A DNA stretch of 60,119 nucleotides, counting the filler, from Sphacelaria rigidula (Eukaryota): NCBI GenBank assembly GCA_964200075.2. It is 7 parts of 7 records of this genome, joined end to end, with 100 filler letters (N's around TTAATTAATTAA, not from the genome) between each part and the next. Parts side by side here need not be neighbours in the genome. Positions count along the whole stretch, not along the records: positions 17,208 to 25,710 come from CAXNAA020010954.1; positions 25,811 to 34,313 come from CAXNAA020010955.1; positions 34,414 to 42,915 come from CAXNAA020010956.1; 4 more parts are not named here. One strand, given 5' to 3'. Positions 24,049 through 37,023 of the stretch are shown here, one piece after another. The stretch's first letter is position 1. Each line of letters starts with the position of its first letter. The position numbers and the translations under genes were made by a program. Below the pieces are notes generated by a model, which saw only the letters and a list, made by a program, of their open reading frames with translations, was not told the DNA's origin and made no database searches.

Positions 24049-25613
24049 GGCAGCGGTCAGTAATTATTTTTCACTATTCTTGTGATCAGCAGGAGAGGTA
24101 CTAGATCTATTTTGGCGCCATTTCTTCTTTTCGAACTTATTCCTCCCTCCGTTTCTTCTCTCGTTTCTTGATTGTTTTGTTTTGTTGATGCCATGTGTTC
24201 CGTTTTGCAATTCACTATGTTGGATCTCCCTTTGTCTCTCTCTGTTATCCTCACTTTTCTCCCTTTCTCGAGATTTTTTTGCCGAGCGCTTCCGTTTCAA
24301 TCATCCTTGGACAGGGCAATCTAATGACCACAACTGAACACCTCGGAGATAATTGAATTGAGACAGTCATTCAATCAGTCAATTGATCAATCGCGCGTAC
24401 GAGTGGAGAACGGCTTGACCTGGGAATGGGGGCAAGAAAACACCCAGCGCCTTTGACAATGACAAGTGGAGTGCGGAACGACGCCAGGTGCCGCCGCGAA
24501 GGAACATGAGACGGTTCTAAATCTCTCGGAGGCGTTTTGAGACTCTCGGACAGATTCGGAGGTCCTCGGGGGGGCTAATGTTCTGAAAAATAACAAATTT
24601 CTACAGGATCAGAATTGAAAAACGTTAGGGTGGAAGCTTTCAAAAACCTCAGGACGGAAAACTGAAGTGACGTGTCTTGATATTACTTCATTGACCGCGG
24701 GTACCCTGTTCGCAGTGATCGGCCGCAGGTCGCCCCACTGAATGTGCGATCAACCATCGGATTCGCAGAGGCGCAAGTCAGGACAGCATTGCACAGTACA
24801 GTAGCGAGTTTCTACAAGCAGTACATCATCGCTGTAATGTACCCTGCCATAGCGTAACATACACTGCACCTACACTGCAGTGCAATATAGAGTATAGTAC
24901 ATCGCTGTACGGTACGGTTTGAAGGTACGGCACATGCAGCACGGGAGTGCTATCGAAGAACAAACAAAGCCGCATGGCAACGATTATGCAACATGCCGTT
25001 CATTGTGGTGGTGACAGAAGTCATGAACTTCAACGGAGCGCCAGTGCAGTCAGGTAACAGCACTGTTGCTGTGGGGTAGACTACGAATCGTTCCCACCGT
25101 CTTCTTCCAGCTGAACCTACACGAGGCTGGCAAAAGTGAGGAGCCGTACCCAGGGCAACGTCTTGTGCGCACCGAGCGTCCGAACTTCACGTAACACAAA
25201 TAAGCGAATACTGATACCATGGCGGCGGTAGGGGAGTCCTCTGTCTGCGATGTCAAGTGTTGCTACTTGGTGACTGGTCCATTGTGACAAGGATGACAGT
25301 CTCGACGGATGTCCCACATTGCTTGTTAGGGTCGTATTGGCTGTGAACGAGCTATAATGGTGGTGGTCGGAGCAGAGGTGATTCCTCTTTGTTCCATTCT
25401 GAGCTCTGAAGCGGCACTTCTGACTTCAGGATGGAAGGCTCAAAGTAGGGCTCTGATCCTGAAAATTTGATCCTGAACTTTTTTTCAGAGTGGAATTTCG
25501 GCCGGCACCGGCTTTTCCCCCTTCCGTCCTGATCCTGGAGTGCAAAAACAGCTTCCGACATCTCCAATGTCGAAACAGAACATAAATCCGATGATACAGA
25601 AGAACATAATCTC

Positions 25614-25710
25614 GGGGGGGGGGGGGGGGGTACTCATGACCATGCATGCCATAGCCATAGGACCATTGACCTCGCATCCCTACAAAGCCGGGACGGAGCA
25701 CGCCGGGTTT
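25614..25710 (-). mobile_element. LINE/SINE 3' tail ending in poly(C); another copy 37840-37930
   Basis: Minus strand GCTCCGTCCCGGCTTTGTAGGGATGCGAGGTCAATGGTC...ATGAGTAC then a C-run; aligns to the LINE tail at 33059-33122. Confidence 0.75.
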
Positions 25711-27502
25711 NNNNNNNNNNNNNNNNNNNNNNNNNNNNNNNNNNNNNNNNNNNNTTAATTAATTAANNNNNNNNNNNNNNNNNNNNNNNNNNNNNNNNNN
25801 NNNNNNNNNNGTGTGCAACAAAATCTTGCCGACCCCCGCCAGTTTGCCCAATAACCTGTAGAGATCGCCTCAGATTTTGTTGCACACGGATTTTTGTTCA
25901 GCGGCCAATCTCGAAATCTTGCAGCCAAGCGAAACTGAAACGTGGGCCAGGCTCCTCTCTGTGGGGCGGTGCAAAGCGTCTAACATGTGTGTTGGCGATT
26001 TGCCCTGTTTGGAGGTCGAAAAGTGGCTAAACGCCGCAAAAGTGAACAATCCGTGGGCCAAAAATCTGTGTGCCATAACATCCAGCCTGAAAATGGAAGT
26101 TTGGCCAGAAGTTAAACTGCGGCCAGTGGGCAACGTGAAGTTGCCCTGGGAAGGTCTCAGCGAGTAGGAGAGCAAGCGATAGTCGTTCCAATGCGTCAAC
26201 ATCCGCCTGGCTCTCTTTCGGGCGTAAAACGACGGAGAAGAGCCCGAAAAATGACAACATGTAATGAATGCACAGGATCACCGAGCAGCTGGGAACTCCT
26301 CCCATGTTTGGGATCGTTTTCAACAATGTCGGCCATATTATGAGGCGCTTCGTGAAGTTTGAACCCAGCCATCATAATGATACGTTGTACGGCCATTTTC
26401 TCCCTGACATATGGATTTGGGGCTATGGTTTCGGGAGGGGCTACCATGGCATCACACAGCAGTATTGTAGTGAGTGGCACAAGGAGCGCGTCGTTTATCG
26501 TGTCCCACCACAGTTATTGAAAAGTACTCGTAATGACAAGGGGGCCCACATCGGAACGTCACGGTACCAGGGCCGCCACCCCCCCCCCCCCCCCCCCCCC
26601 CCCCCCAAGGGGGCGGAGAGGGGGAAAGAACACCACCCCACGTCAAAAAAACGACAATATTTCCCCTCTTNNNNNNNNNNCCCCCCCCCCCTCCCCCTCC
26701 CCCCAAGGGGTCGAGAGTGAGGAAATGACCACATCAGCTGTGCAAGAACCGTATTATTCTTCCCGTTTCTCTACAAATATACGGAATTAAACGATCAATC
26801 GCATCACCTAGGGTCCTCCTCGATATGAGCAGCCCAAAACCGAGGATTTTCGGTGGGTCAGTCGTTCGTGTGGTCGTAGGGGAGCAAATTTGACGGCTGG
26901 ATAATGACTTTGAAATCGCGATGACCGCTGAATAATGAGGATGGAGTGCGCTAGCTCCGGCGAGACCGGCGGTCACCGACCTCGTACTTCCGCCAAGCTG
27001 CTGCAGTGGTACGGCCGCCATGCTGGGGAGGGCGGAGTCCGACGAGTACTTTTTGTGCTGCTACCGAATGATATGTAATATTTTGTGCAATATATATTCT
27101 GTGCTTGTTGTGATGTAACCTGACTTCAGGATTACCTACCGGCATGGAAATCTTATGATTTCTATAAATGTAAAGTACAGGATGTGAATTTTAAATGATC
27201 ACGTAGTTTGCCCGCGTTTGAGCAGACAGCGACGTTCATCCATGGTGCATCTCTAGATGTCGTAATCATACTGCACTGCGACACAACACAAGGAGAAGTT
27301 GCGAAGGGAATGTTTTCCTTTTTTTTCTTATTTTCAGTCATTTATTATCATTCATCATTTTTTATTCATTTTTTATTATTTCAGTACATCAAGTACTCTC
27401 GCTATCATCCAACGATCAGTGGAGTACCCCCTACAGAGTTGGGAATCCCCCCCCTCTCCTCCTGCCGTGACATTCCGATGTAGGGCCCCTTGGTAATAGT
27501 AT

Positions 27503-27708
27503 AGGTATCTCAAACTCGGCTTCCGGTATCCTGGTTTATTCGCTGGCTCTGAGCTGTGTACTATTTTTCAAGTGAAAGTGATCGCGATTCATAGGAGGAC
27601 CTGACCTGGCGGTCAAATGGTCTCATCATCTGATGAATCGGCACCACTTTCAATTGACAAAATGGAACAGAACAAACCAGAATACCGGGAGCCGAGTTTG
27701 AGATACCT
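27503..27708. mobile_element. MITE with about 35-bp TIRs
   Basis: AGGTATCTCAAACTCGGCTTCCGGTATCCTGGTTT / AAACCAGAATACCGGGAGCCGAGTTTGAGATACCT. Confidence 0.8.
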
Positions 27709-27825
27709 CTTATACGACTATCCGTTTGACCGCGGTCTGAGCGATTGAACTATTGTGGTATTTTCAAAAACACAACATATTTCCCTTTTGCGGTATCTCA
27801 CGCAGCTGCTCCTACAAGAAGCAGC

Positions 27826-28467
27826 ATGACCTGTGGTGCATCAACACGAGCGACAATGGTGGGAGGTTTAGTAGGTGTGATAATGCTTGCAGTACCTACG
27901 TGTGGCTTCGTCGTCCTGCCCACACTGCGCCAACACGCTCACGTTTCCACAGCCGACATAGCTGGGGAGTCCAGGAACACGGTCAGACCGGCCCGGCCAG
28001 GCTGCGGGGTTGGGTCGCACTGGCAGGGTGGTCGACGGAGTACACGCATGCACTCAGGTATTGAGTGTACTGTGCTTGTATTACTCGTAAGTGGTTCGAT
28101 GATATCGTTGTAGGCATGCTAGCTCTATCAAAATGTTGTGGATTCGACCTTCAACTATGTGCAGTTGGTGCAATACCGTACTGTTGTGTCTCATGTTTTC
28201 GTATCATGAGCATGCATGCCTGCGGGGTGATACAAGTACTGTGCAGTGACCATGTATCGACTATTACATCACTCTCACCCACCGCCCTTCGCACGTATCC
28301 GTGTCGGGAGCTCGCTGTGGACTCTCAAAGCGATGGCGCAGACTCCGACCTGCATGCTGTGAACTTGGTGGAGTTGCTCGCAGTGTCAAAACAGTCAAAT
28401 GGCTCTGCTTTACGCACAATGTGCCCTCATCGAGTGGTGCTGCACCTACATCTACAGTTGGGTGCAG
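27826..28467 (+). CDS. 5' exons (27826-28057, possibly 28311-28467) of a probable plastid-targeted protein; product unknown
   Basis: Signal peptide MVGGLVGVIMLAVPTCG^FVVLP (ASAFAP-like Phe at +1) followed by an R/S-rich transit peptide; donor CAG|GTATTG; a phase-compatible second exon. Confidence 0.55.
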
Positions 28468-29007
28468 GTCGGGAGGGGAGAGGGTGTTGTGTTAGCCCCC
28501 GAAAAGTGTCCGGGCCGTTCGACCTTTTACGACCATACAAGTAGATAGCTTATCTTCTCTTATTTTTCTCCCATATGTCTACACTTGATTTTATAATACA
28601 TCCTTTTAATGGAGAAATCGTGCGTTTAGGCGACGCCCTCCTTGTTCAGATACTACATACACCTCCACACCGCGAACACATAGTGGGCTGTGAGCTCTTT
28701 CAAGTGCTTTCAAGGCGTATCCTCAAACCTACAACAAACAGACATTTTCTGTTTTATTTTTTTGAGCGCGGAACATTTCGTTCATAGTTAGAAAGAATCC
28801 CACAGCCTTCTGCATTCGGATTTGAAGCACACGGCGCAAGAAACAGCGCTCGAAACGCACCCGTCGCCGAGGAGAACTGGGCTGCCAAAGTCGGCCGCAC
28901 GAAGGAAGCTCCCAACCAACCCGCGGTCCTGAACAAAAACAAATGAAAAAAAACACAGAGGGAGCTAATCAAACTTCCGAGGAGAGGTCCAAGTGGGAGT
29001 AACTTTG

Positions 29008-29887
29008 CAAGGTCGTGTTCTGTAGGGTACGGGTATGTAGGATATATGAGATTCCGTACAGAACTCACAGAAATATCGCGTACCGGTATAAAAGTCTTAC
29101 AGATATGGGGCCGGTCGCCCCGGTGTCTCAGTTGGTAACCTCGAACCCTTCTGACTGTTGAGTCGTGGGTTCAAATCTCGGAGCGATCTGGGATATTTTC
29201 TCACACCATGTCCAACAGTGGAGAGCGACCATGTCGTGGGTACACAAAATCGACTTAGCGGTTGACGAGGGAAAGGGACTGCTGTACCCCTCTCGCGATA
29301 AAAAGGACAGGCAAGCACCGCAGAAGGAAGGAGGGGTACCAAAAACTAATAAAGAAGAAAAAAGCTCTTGTGTTGACCTTCCTCCTGTGTGACCCCGGCT
29401 GGTGCGTCCACATATACCGAAAGGTGTAGACTGGCGCCCAGAATAGATGGGACGACAACACACACACAGATATTACAAAACTGTCGGGTACCGGTTTGAA
29501 AGTCTTGCAGAAATTACAGAACTTGTCGAGTACGGTATGGGAGGCTTACAGAAAACTGTACCAGCAATGGGGTATTCCTTAAAGAGCATTCCCGCGCTCC
29601 GGGTAAGGGTGTGGAAAGCGCACAAAACTCACAGAAATTGTCGGGCAGGGTATGGAGGCTGCTCAGAAAATCGTACCCTCAACCGGGTATCTGATCAAGA
29701 GCATACCCGTGCCCCCGGTAACGGTATGGGAGGCTTACAGAGCTCACAGAACTATCGGTTAAGGGTATTAAGATATTACAGAGTATACAGAACTGTCGGG
29801 TACCGGTATGAAAGTGTCGGGTACGATAAATACCGGGGAAAATACCTGGGCAGACGGAAAACCCGTACCCTACAAAACACAACCTTG
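29008..29887. mobile_element. hAT-type non-autonomous element with GGGTACGGGTAT/ACAGAA subterminal repeats; degenerate relative at about 57330-57655
   Basis: TIR CAAGGT(C/T)GTGTT(C/T)TGTAGGGTACGGGT; 8-bp TSD TAACTTTG at 29000-29007 and 29888-29895. Confidence 0.88.
29107..29465 (+). mobile_element. tRNA-derived SINE with (CA)n tail, nested in the hAT element
   Basis: A-box TCTCAGTTGG, B-box GGTTCAAATC, (CA)n tail; TSD ACAGATAT at 29099-29106 and 29466-29473. Confidence 0.88.
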
Positions 29888-30179
29888 TAACTTTGTTCCG
29901 GTGCGTGCGTGTCGCAATGTATAGTGCACTCCGACACATTTAAAAGAGAACGCTGCCGCTTGTGTACCCAACCGCACAGTGAACCCAAGGTAGAGAGCAT
30001 GGCGTGTACTGGAACAACCAACATCATTGCGGCTGTATTACACGGTTCTGTTCGTAAATTCTGTTGAGTCTATCGGTACCGCATGTACGCCGTGCCGTTT
30101 GTACAGTATCCCGTCCGCTGCGATCAAGCTCGAGCTTTGTATTGGGGAAAACATGGAGCAAGCATCTCAAACACGTTGA

Positions 30180-30760
30180 GTAACGTGTTGCATTGGCATA
30201 ATTTTCACTTGAAAAATGAGTGCAGGACCCAGATGACACCACCGTGACGAGTCAATGGGTCCACTTTTAGAGCTGACGACAGCAAGAGGTCACGCTCTCC
30301 AAAAGTTTGGTGTAGTCTAATCCTTGGTGATATGCGTAGACAAAGGGCAGGAATGCGGCGTGGGGGAGAGAAAAGACAGCACTGTAGTGTGCTGTGCTGT
30401 GCATTGTAGTTCAGCTTTGTCGATCTACACGGACAACAGTAACCCCCCGGGTGGGTCATCTGCGTTGCATTGGCGTGTATTTCACTCGAAAAATGAGTGA
30501 AAGACCCAAATGACCCACCGGGGCAGTTCAAGGGTTTCATTCTAGAGTTGGCAGGAAACTGTGACGCTCATCCTAGGTTATACCCATACACAAGGGGGAG
30601 GAACGTAGCCGGGGGAAGAGAAAAGACAACACGGTACTGTGCATTTTAGCTTGGCTTTGTCCACCCGCACACACGTCACTCCCAGGGCGGGCCATCTGTA
30701 GTGGATTGGCGTAAACTTCGACTTGAAAAATGGATGAACAGACAGTCCTGCCGTGAGCAA
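30180..30760. repeat. Degenerate tandem repeat of about 240-280 bp, 2-3 copies
   Basis: ATTGGC...ACT(T/C)GAAAAATG recurs at about 30190, 30468 and 30705. Confidence 0.65.
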
Positions 30761-31030
30761 TGCACGCGGGCAGTGTCTGTGTCATACGCGAAGAAGGCCG
30801 TCTGAGGTTCTCTTAGCACCGACCGGAGGGATCCTTCGTTTTTGATTGGCTGGCTTGATTTTTCCATGAGGAAGAGCCGGGATACAGAGTTGAAATTTGA
30901 AGGAAATAAATAAAGGAAGAAACGGGCGGATCCTTCGTTTTTGATTGGCTAGCTTGACTTTACTATTAGGATGAACCGGGGCAAATTTTCGAAAAATCTC
31001 CCCGTATGTTTTGAGCGGTTCGCATCCCGA

Positions 31031-31443
31031 ACAGTTCAGTGGTAGACCCGGTGCTGAGGCGGCATGCTGAAGTGACAAGCCGAACACGTCGGCCTTTTTC
31101 GTAGTCCTGCCTTCACTCGGGTTGAGGCGAGCACCGCCCTACTGTGGGTTTCGGCAAACTGTATAGTGCTGTACGGTCGTACGTCGAGGTGCGAAGTGGC
31201 GGCGAAAAAAACAGAAGAACTCGCCTTATTATTGGCCGGGACCCCGCCTGATTCTTGGCCGGGGTCCGCCAACAAAAACGTCTTGCTGTTAGCAGGGGTG
31301 CACAAAAAGGCGGGTGATGATGGACATGACCAAAACCCTACCCTGTTGGGGGAAATGCGTGACGAGCCGGAAACACCCGCCTTGTTGATATAATCGTCCA
31401 GCCTCATTAGATACCGCCTTCACACGGATCCACCACTACTGTA
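31031..31443. mobile_element. Degenerate Tc1/mariner-like MITE
   Basis: ACAGTTCAGTGGTAGACCCGGTG...GGCGG versus the reverse complement of the right end, TACAGTAGTGGTGGATCCGTG...GGCGG. Confidence 0.45.
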
Positions 31444-32039
31444 ATGCTGCTTGTCATACTGAGCTACGGAGGTACGTCGGACTGTACCATTGTACAACTC
31501 ACCGTGAATGTTCTCTACCCGCACCCTCCGCAACTATTTTAGTTGCCTGCTGATCACTGGCTACCGGTGTACCAGACTACTAGTTAGTTGTCACCACCAA
31601 ATAGGTTACTGTACCCTCAAACGGCCTGTGTGCTTGTTTTGCTGTGCGCGTAGCAGGGTTTGCGACAGCTTGAAGAAGGTCAATCGTGACTAGTCTTTAG
31701 CCAAAGCTCTTTTTTTGTCCAAGGGCATCCCAAAAAAACTCTACTTTGGTGTTGGTCTAGATGCACAGAAACGTTCGTTTTCATGGGCGGACGATCCTGG
31801 TTTACACAGGGTACGCTCCTTTCATAGCTGAGTATTCTGTCGTCATGCTGTCTTTGCTAGTGCAGGGCTGAAGATATGCACCATATCCTCATGTTTATGG
31901 CCTGTAAAAAGCCCTGGTCAATGAAATAGGAACGCTGCGGCGCAGCTGCTTTCACACTCTGAAAGGACGCCCCCGTGTCTGGTATCTCTCGGCGTCAGCA
32001 CTGTACAGGCAGTACGCAGTCCTGTACAATCCATGTCGA

Positions 32040-33125
32040 TTGAAATAATATAAAGGGGTAAGGCACAAATATGCAAGATGGATGTGGTCCTAAGAGACTC
32101 GTATCTAGATACTAGGATCAAGATATGTATCATGATTCATGCGATTGCACCGAAGCTGGCATATGCAGGAGGAGTATGGGAGGGAAACGCGAAGTTGGTT
32201 AAGAATCTGGAGACAGTACAGATGGCAGCAGCTGAGAAAATACTTGGATGCTCAAAAACGACGAGCGATAAAGCATTGAGAGCACAATTCGGAATGCACC
32301 CACTTGAAACAGAGACACGAGGAAATTGAAATGGCAATATAACGTAAGGCTTATGGCAAGAAAGAGATTGTCAGCCCTAGTTGATGAGGCTGTATGGCAG
32401 AAAGTGACGAAAGGGCAGGCTGGAATAAGGTGGAATATCGTAGTCGAGATATTATAAAGGATATAGGAGGAAACCAAGACGAGATAATGTCCGTAGGTGA
32501 AGGTGGGGGGCTCAAGACAAAAGTAAGAGACAAGATAAAAATAAAATAAAAATAAACGCTGAGAAGCAAAGTAGACGAGGAAGAACACCTGAAGATACAC
32601 GGGGGGGTGAAAGACGGGATAGGGATGAAACCGTATCTGCACGGTACAATGGACTCCACGAAAAAAAATGAAACTGCGATTTCGGGTGGGGGACCTGGAC
32701 CTGCCGGAGAATAGAAGGAGATGTACCAGTAGTCGAGTGGAGGAGGAAGTAGATGCACATGAGTGCTCCCGTGGTAAAGCAATAGAATAGAACTCATGAA
32801 GCGGCAGCATGTGAGCCACGCAACGAGGAATGGGACGTGTTAGAGGGGGAAATGCGGGACGTAAACGAAGGTGGCATAAAGTCGTTTGACAGATAAGACA
32901 CTAGGAAGAAAGCGATGGCCATACTAGGAGATGGATGGTGGCCAGAAACGGCGAAACAGGAAGGGGATAAGATGTATAAAAAGTTTTTGTGTAACGTAAG
33001 GAATAAACGTGATGAGCGCCGGAATGTTGGAGGTGTCTCTTGTAGGCGTAGGAACGGCGCTCCGTCTCGAAAGGGATGCGCGGTCAATGGTCAAACGACT
33101 GAGGCAAGCAACAAATGAGTACGTC
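32040..33125 (+). mobile_element. Decayed LINE ORF2, C-terminal half and 3' end
   Basis: PKLAYAGGVW...LETVQMAAAEKILGCSKTTSDKALRAQFGMHPL (post-RT region); frameshifts; ends ATGAGTAC plus a C-rich tract. Confidence 0.85.
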
Positions 33126-33169
33126 GCCCTCCCCCCCTCTCATCTGCAAGAGTAAGGAGAGAGGCCCAC

Positions 33170-34180
33170 GCAAGATGCCTATCGTGTAAAACTGCGGTAG
33201 GATTGGAGGAGTGTACTAAAAAGAAGTAAAAAATATGGTGGACGAGAAAAAGAAGGAGTATGGGAAGATATAGTGAAAAAAATAAATGAAGATCTCGACA
33301 GCGGGATGAAGTAAATGTGGGTAGGGATAGGAGGGGTAATGGGTAACAAGGCAGGAAATATAGGCAAGGGGATAACCACACTACGGGCGCAGAACGGTAG
33401 AATGGTTAGTAGTTGGAAGAGGAAACGAGAAGTGCTAGTAGAGCACTACCGTAAACTAGGAACAAAAACTGACAAGACGTTCGACACGGAATTCGAAAAA
33501 CAAATCAACGCGTGGGCAGAGGCAAATGTAGAGGCGTCAAAACGGGACGATGGTGGCTCGAAAGAATTGCAGAGAGAGATTTACCAGAAAGGAAGTAAAG
33601 GAGTATGTAGCTGAACTCAAGAACAGAAAGGCAGCAAGGGCAGACAGCGAAGTGCATGGATTTCTAAAGCTCGGTTGAGAGGGAAATTATTACCATGATG
33701 GTTATGCTGCATAGCTAGATATGGGGAATACGAGTACACACCCCAAGAGGTGGAGAGAAGTAGTAGTCAACCTCTTGAAGAGTGGAGACAAGGCTGACCA
33801 AGGGAATTATAAAGGAATAGCTGTACTTAGTACCGTAGGGAAAAAATTATGTAAGATTCTTAACGATAGAGTGGGAACGATGTTCGAAAAGGAAGAAAAA
33901 AACAGCGACGGGAAAGCAGGTTCTAGACCAAACTGTAGTCGCGTATACCATGTGTAGACTAGGTAGGATTATTCAAAGTAGGAAAGGCGCCGGGCTGACA
34001 ACGAACTCTTTATTTCTGAACGTTTAAAAGGCCTATGACACAGTATGGAGAAATGTGTTGTGGAAAAATATGTGGGAAACTGGGATCAGAGGAAAGATGT
34101 AGAGAATGGCGAAGAAGATGACAGAATGTGCCACAAGTGTTGTGATGCTAGTCGGGGAAGTATCGAGATATTTTGAGTTA
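33170..34180 (+). mobile_element. Decayed LINE ORF2, N-terminal RT region
   Basis: LKNRKAARAD, PKRWRE, GNYKGIAVLSTVGKKLCKIL and KAYDTVW (RT domains 0-3), with stops and frameshifts. Confidence 0.85.
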
Positions 34181-35159
34181 CGCGAGGGAGTGATGCTACG
34201 GTAGGGGTGCAGAAATATTTTCTGAGGTTAGAATTGTTAGGAGCCCTTTTTCTCATGCAAAACACGACCTATGGACATATGTGAAAGTACTCCAGGATTA
34301 CTACTCCAATGCGNNNNNNNNNNNNNNNNNNNNNNNNNNNNNNNNNNNNNNNNNNNNTTAATTAATTAANNNNNNNNNNNNNNNNNNNNNNNNNNNNNNN
34401 NNNNNNNNNNNNNCCAAAGATTCGCCGGCGCATCCGCCTGCAAACGTTCATGCAGCCTCTAGGCTGGCCCAGCTCGTAGCGGTTCTTGGGGGAAAAAAAA
34501 CCCATGTCTCCTGAGTGTACTGTTGTACTGTGCTGTCCTGTTCATGTATGACACAACGATTGCCCCGAAGTTCGTCGAAACAGATGATACTCACCCTTCC
34601 ATTGTTGTGGGTTATTGTTGTTGTTGTCTTCACGTTAAAAGCCGCTCCGGCATATGTCCGTTGTCGGTTATTGTTGTTGTTGTCTTCACATTAAAAACCG
34701 CTCCGGCATCTGTCCAGTACTCTGTACTGGGCATCTGATGCGGATGCCTTCCGTGGTCACAGGCTAACTACCCCAAGCTAAGGGAAATTAAAATCATAAA
34801 ATAACATCGGACCCAGAAAAAATCCCGGTAGAGTAAACCGGCATTGGGCTACAAATGTCCATGGTTGATAATTACTTGATTTTTTGAGTGTGTACAACGA
34901 GACTCGCATGTTCAGCAGGGCTGACAGACCCGTGTGTCCCTCGCGCGCGCAGAACGCGCTTTCGTTGACATCGGCGCCACAGGCGCTGATTTGGGGTCTA
35001 CCACGCCTGCGCGTTGTCTAGGGAATGCTATGTACCGCCCTTGCCCGAGGGTTCTCGGTATGAGTTCGGTTGGGGTTAGGGTTACTCGGAGGGGGTAGCG
35101 ATACTTACTTCTGAAATTGTATCAACCATGGACATTTCTAGCCCAACGCCGATTAACTG

Positions 35160-35257
35160 TTTGTTGTGCGTTATCGTCCCATGTATTCTGGACGCCGGTC
35201 TACACCTTTCGGTATATATGGGCGCACCAGCCGGGGTCACACAGGAGGAAGGTCTAC
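35160..35257 (-). mobile_element. 5'-truncated copy of the (CA)n-tailed SINE
   Basis: Reverse complement of GACCTTCCTCCTGTGTGACCCCGGCTGGTGCG...CCAGAATA.ATGGGACGA. Confidence 0.8.
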
Positions 35258-36799
35258 CTAGCCTCAACATTTCACATAGATACGATACAAGAGAAATAAA
35301 AAACAAATACAGGTATAAAACAAAAATAGATCGTGCTGTACAGCATGTTTTGTCTCTCAGTTTTTTAGTGAGCCAGTGAGACAACGCCGAAAAACAACCG
35401 GCAACAAGTACGCGTCCTTGGTGCATGTTTCATGTCACAGCTACGCGACGCGAGGAATACCCGACGACAATCGTATCATAAGTACAAGCGTCGTGACTAG
35501 ATTCCACGGCGTATGGCAGTGATGACAACTGCCGAAGAAAATCATACACACGCATGTTCGTCCACAGTGCGGTACAGTGAAACAAGCCAGCCTACTCTCC
35601 GTCATGCCGTCTGTTCAACTACCACGCTAACATACCTTTGCACCCGATCGACGACAGTCAGCGGACCCTTGCTCGCTACTGTAAACGGCGCTCCTCGGTG
35701 CACCAACAAAGAGAGCCTGCGGCTGCATCCCCTCCCCTACTGCGAATGCCATCAGGGTAAAGAGCACATGACACGCTCGAGCAGCACCTGCCGTCGTAGT
35801 CGGCGCATCATTCTTCATATAAGACTCGATATGCTGAGACCGGCGAAGCCTAGACGAAAGACGGCCCAACCTGCTCGTACAACTGCTTATCCCGGCTGTT
35901 TTTATCGCCAGTATCAACTGTCTGTGCTCTGATACTTGTGCCCTCCTTGCAGCTGTCGGAAATGGCTATGCTGAAGGACTGTCGTGAAGGAAACCCTCGT
36001 AGACGCTTCATGAACTGAAGCGTACAGCAAGGACAGTCAATACAGCGCAGCACAACACTGCTGCACTTCCAGCGCAGGCTGCAACAGCCATAGTAGCAGC
36101 ATACCGACGCATCTACAAATCTAATTGTCATTTTCCAGCTTTGCTCACATACTTCGAGTTGTTGCTTTCTCGCTCACAGGAAGTGCTGTAGTCTTCGCCT
36201 TTTTTAGGCACCTGGAATGCGATGTTGACCTCTCTCGGGTGCTTGAAACAGCGAAGTGTGAGTGAGTGCCATTGACCAACTAGTCGAGCTCAAGTCGTTT
36301 CGACGATTATGCTGTGTACAGAGTTCCCACGCTACATGCTAGGCTCATATCTTTTTGGATCCGCTGGTCGATCAATACAATTGGTGCACAGCTGAAACCT
36401 GTTGGAGTGGCACGGGGAAGATTCAAGAGTTCGAATCCCAGTAGAAGCATACGGTCTATGTTGTGAGGGGCATCTGATTCCAACCGCTGAAAAAGTGAGC
36501 ACACGAGTCGCAAAAAAATACATTCGACAAGAGTCGGCGCGGTACGGGAGAGCTGATCCAATCCTCGTTGCCAGAGGCATATGAGGGTATGTGCCGGGGG
36601 AGAGATGGCTGTTCCATCGAGATCAACAGCCCATCCCCATGAAGGGGAGGACAGGTGGGATGTATGACAAACAAACAAAGGGCAGCTCCGGGCTTATATA
36701 TTCTTCGTCCTAGTTTCAACCCCTCCCACTCCTGGGGACGAGTTCGTTGTGTCAAGGGATCGACCCATGTCTCCTCCGTACATATCAGATATTTGTAGA

Positions 36800-37023
36800 C
36801 CGTGGATTGGATCAGCACTCCCGCACGGCGTTGATTCCTGCAGTCGGATGCCCTTTGCTATCGCACGTACTGTACTAACGCCCTCACGTGTTCAACGACC
36901 GACACCGGGTTCTGCTCAGCAAAACTGCATGTGTAGGGATTTGAACCCGTGACCCTTCTGCTCTATGGTCGAGCTGGCAGTTGCTAGTAGTGGGTGAACC
37001 AGTTGGACCACCGGGACGCGGCG
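36800..37023 (-). mobile_element. Second tRNA-derived SINE family; diverged convergent copy at about 36360-36565 (+)
   Basis: A-box TGGTCCAACTGG and B-box GGGTTCAAATCCC; 3' GGGAG.GCTGATCCAATCC shared with the plus copy, whose B-box is GAGTTCGAATCCC. Confidence 0.6.

Noticed and set aside
26960-27078. MutY-like LLQWYGRH peptide
   Set aside because: No LPWR continuation or supporting exons.
22308-27826. Head-to-head pair of methyltransferase and plastid-protein genes
   Set aside because: Separated by an artificial linker.
29107-29190. tRNA genes at SINE heads (also 37371, 36940)
   Set aside because: No full cloverleaf; followed by a shared SINE body and, for the first family, tail and TSD.
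35627-36131. Minus-strand gene with signal-peptide-like start and donor AAG|GTATGT
   Set aside because: Stops in every frame and no recognisable domain; at best a decayed gene.
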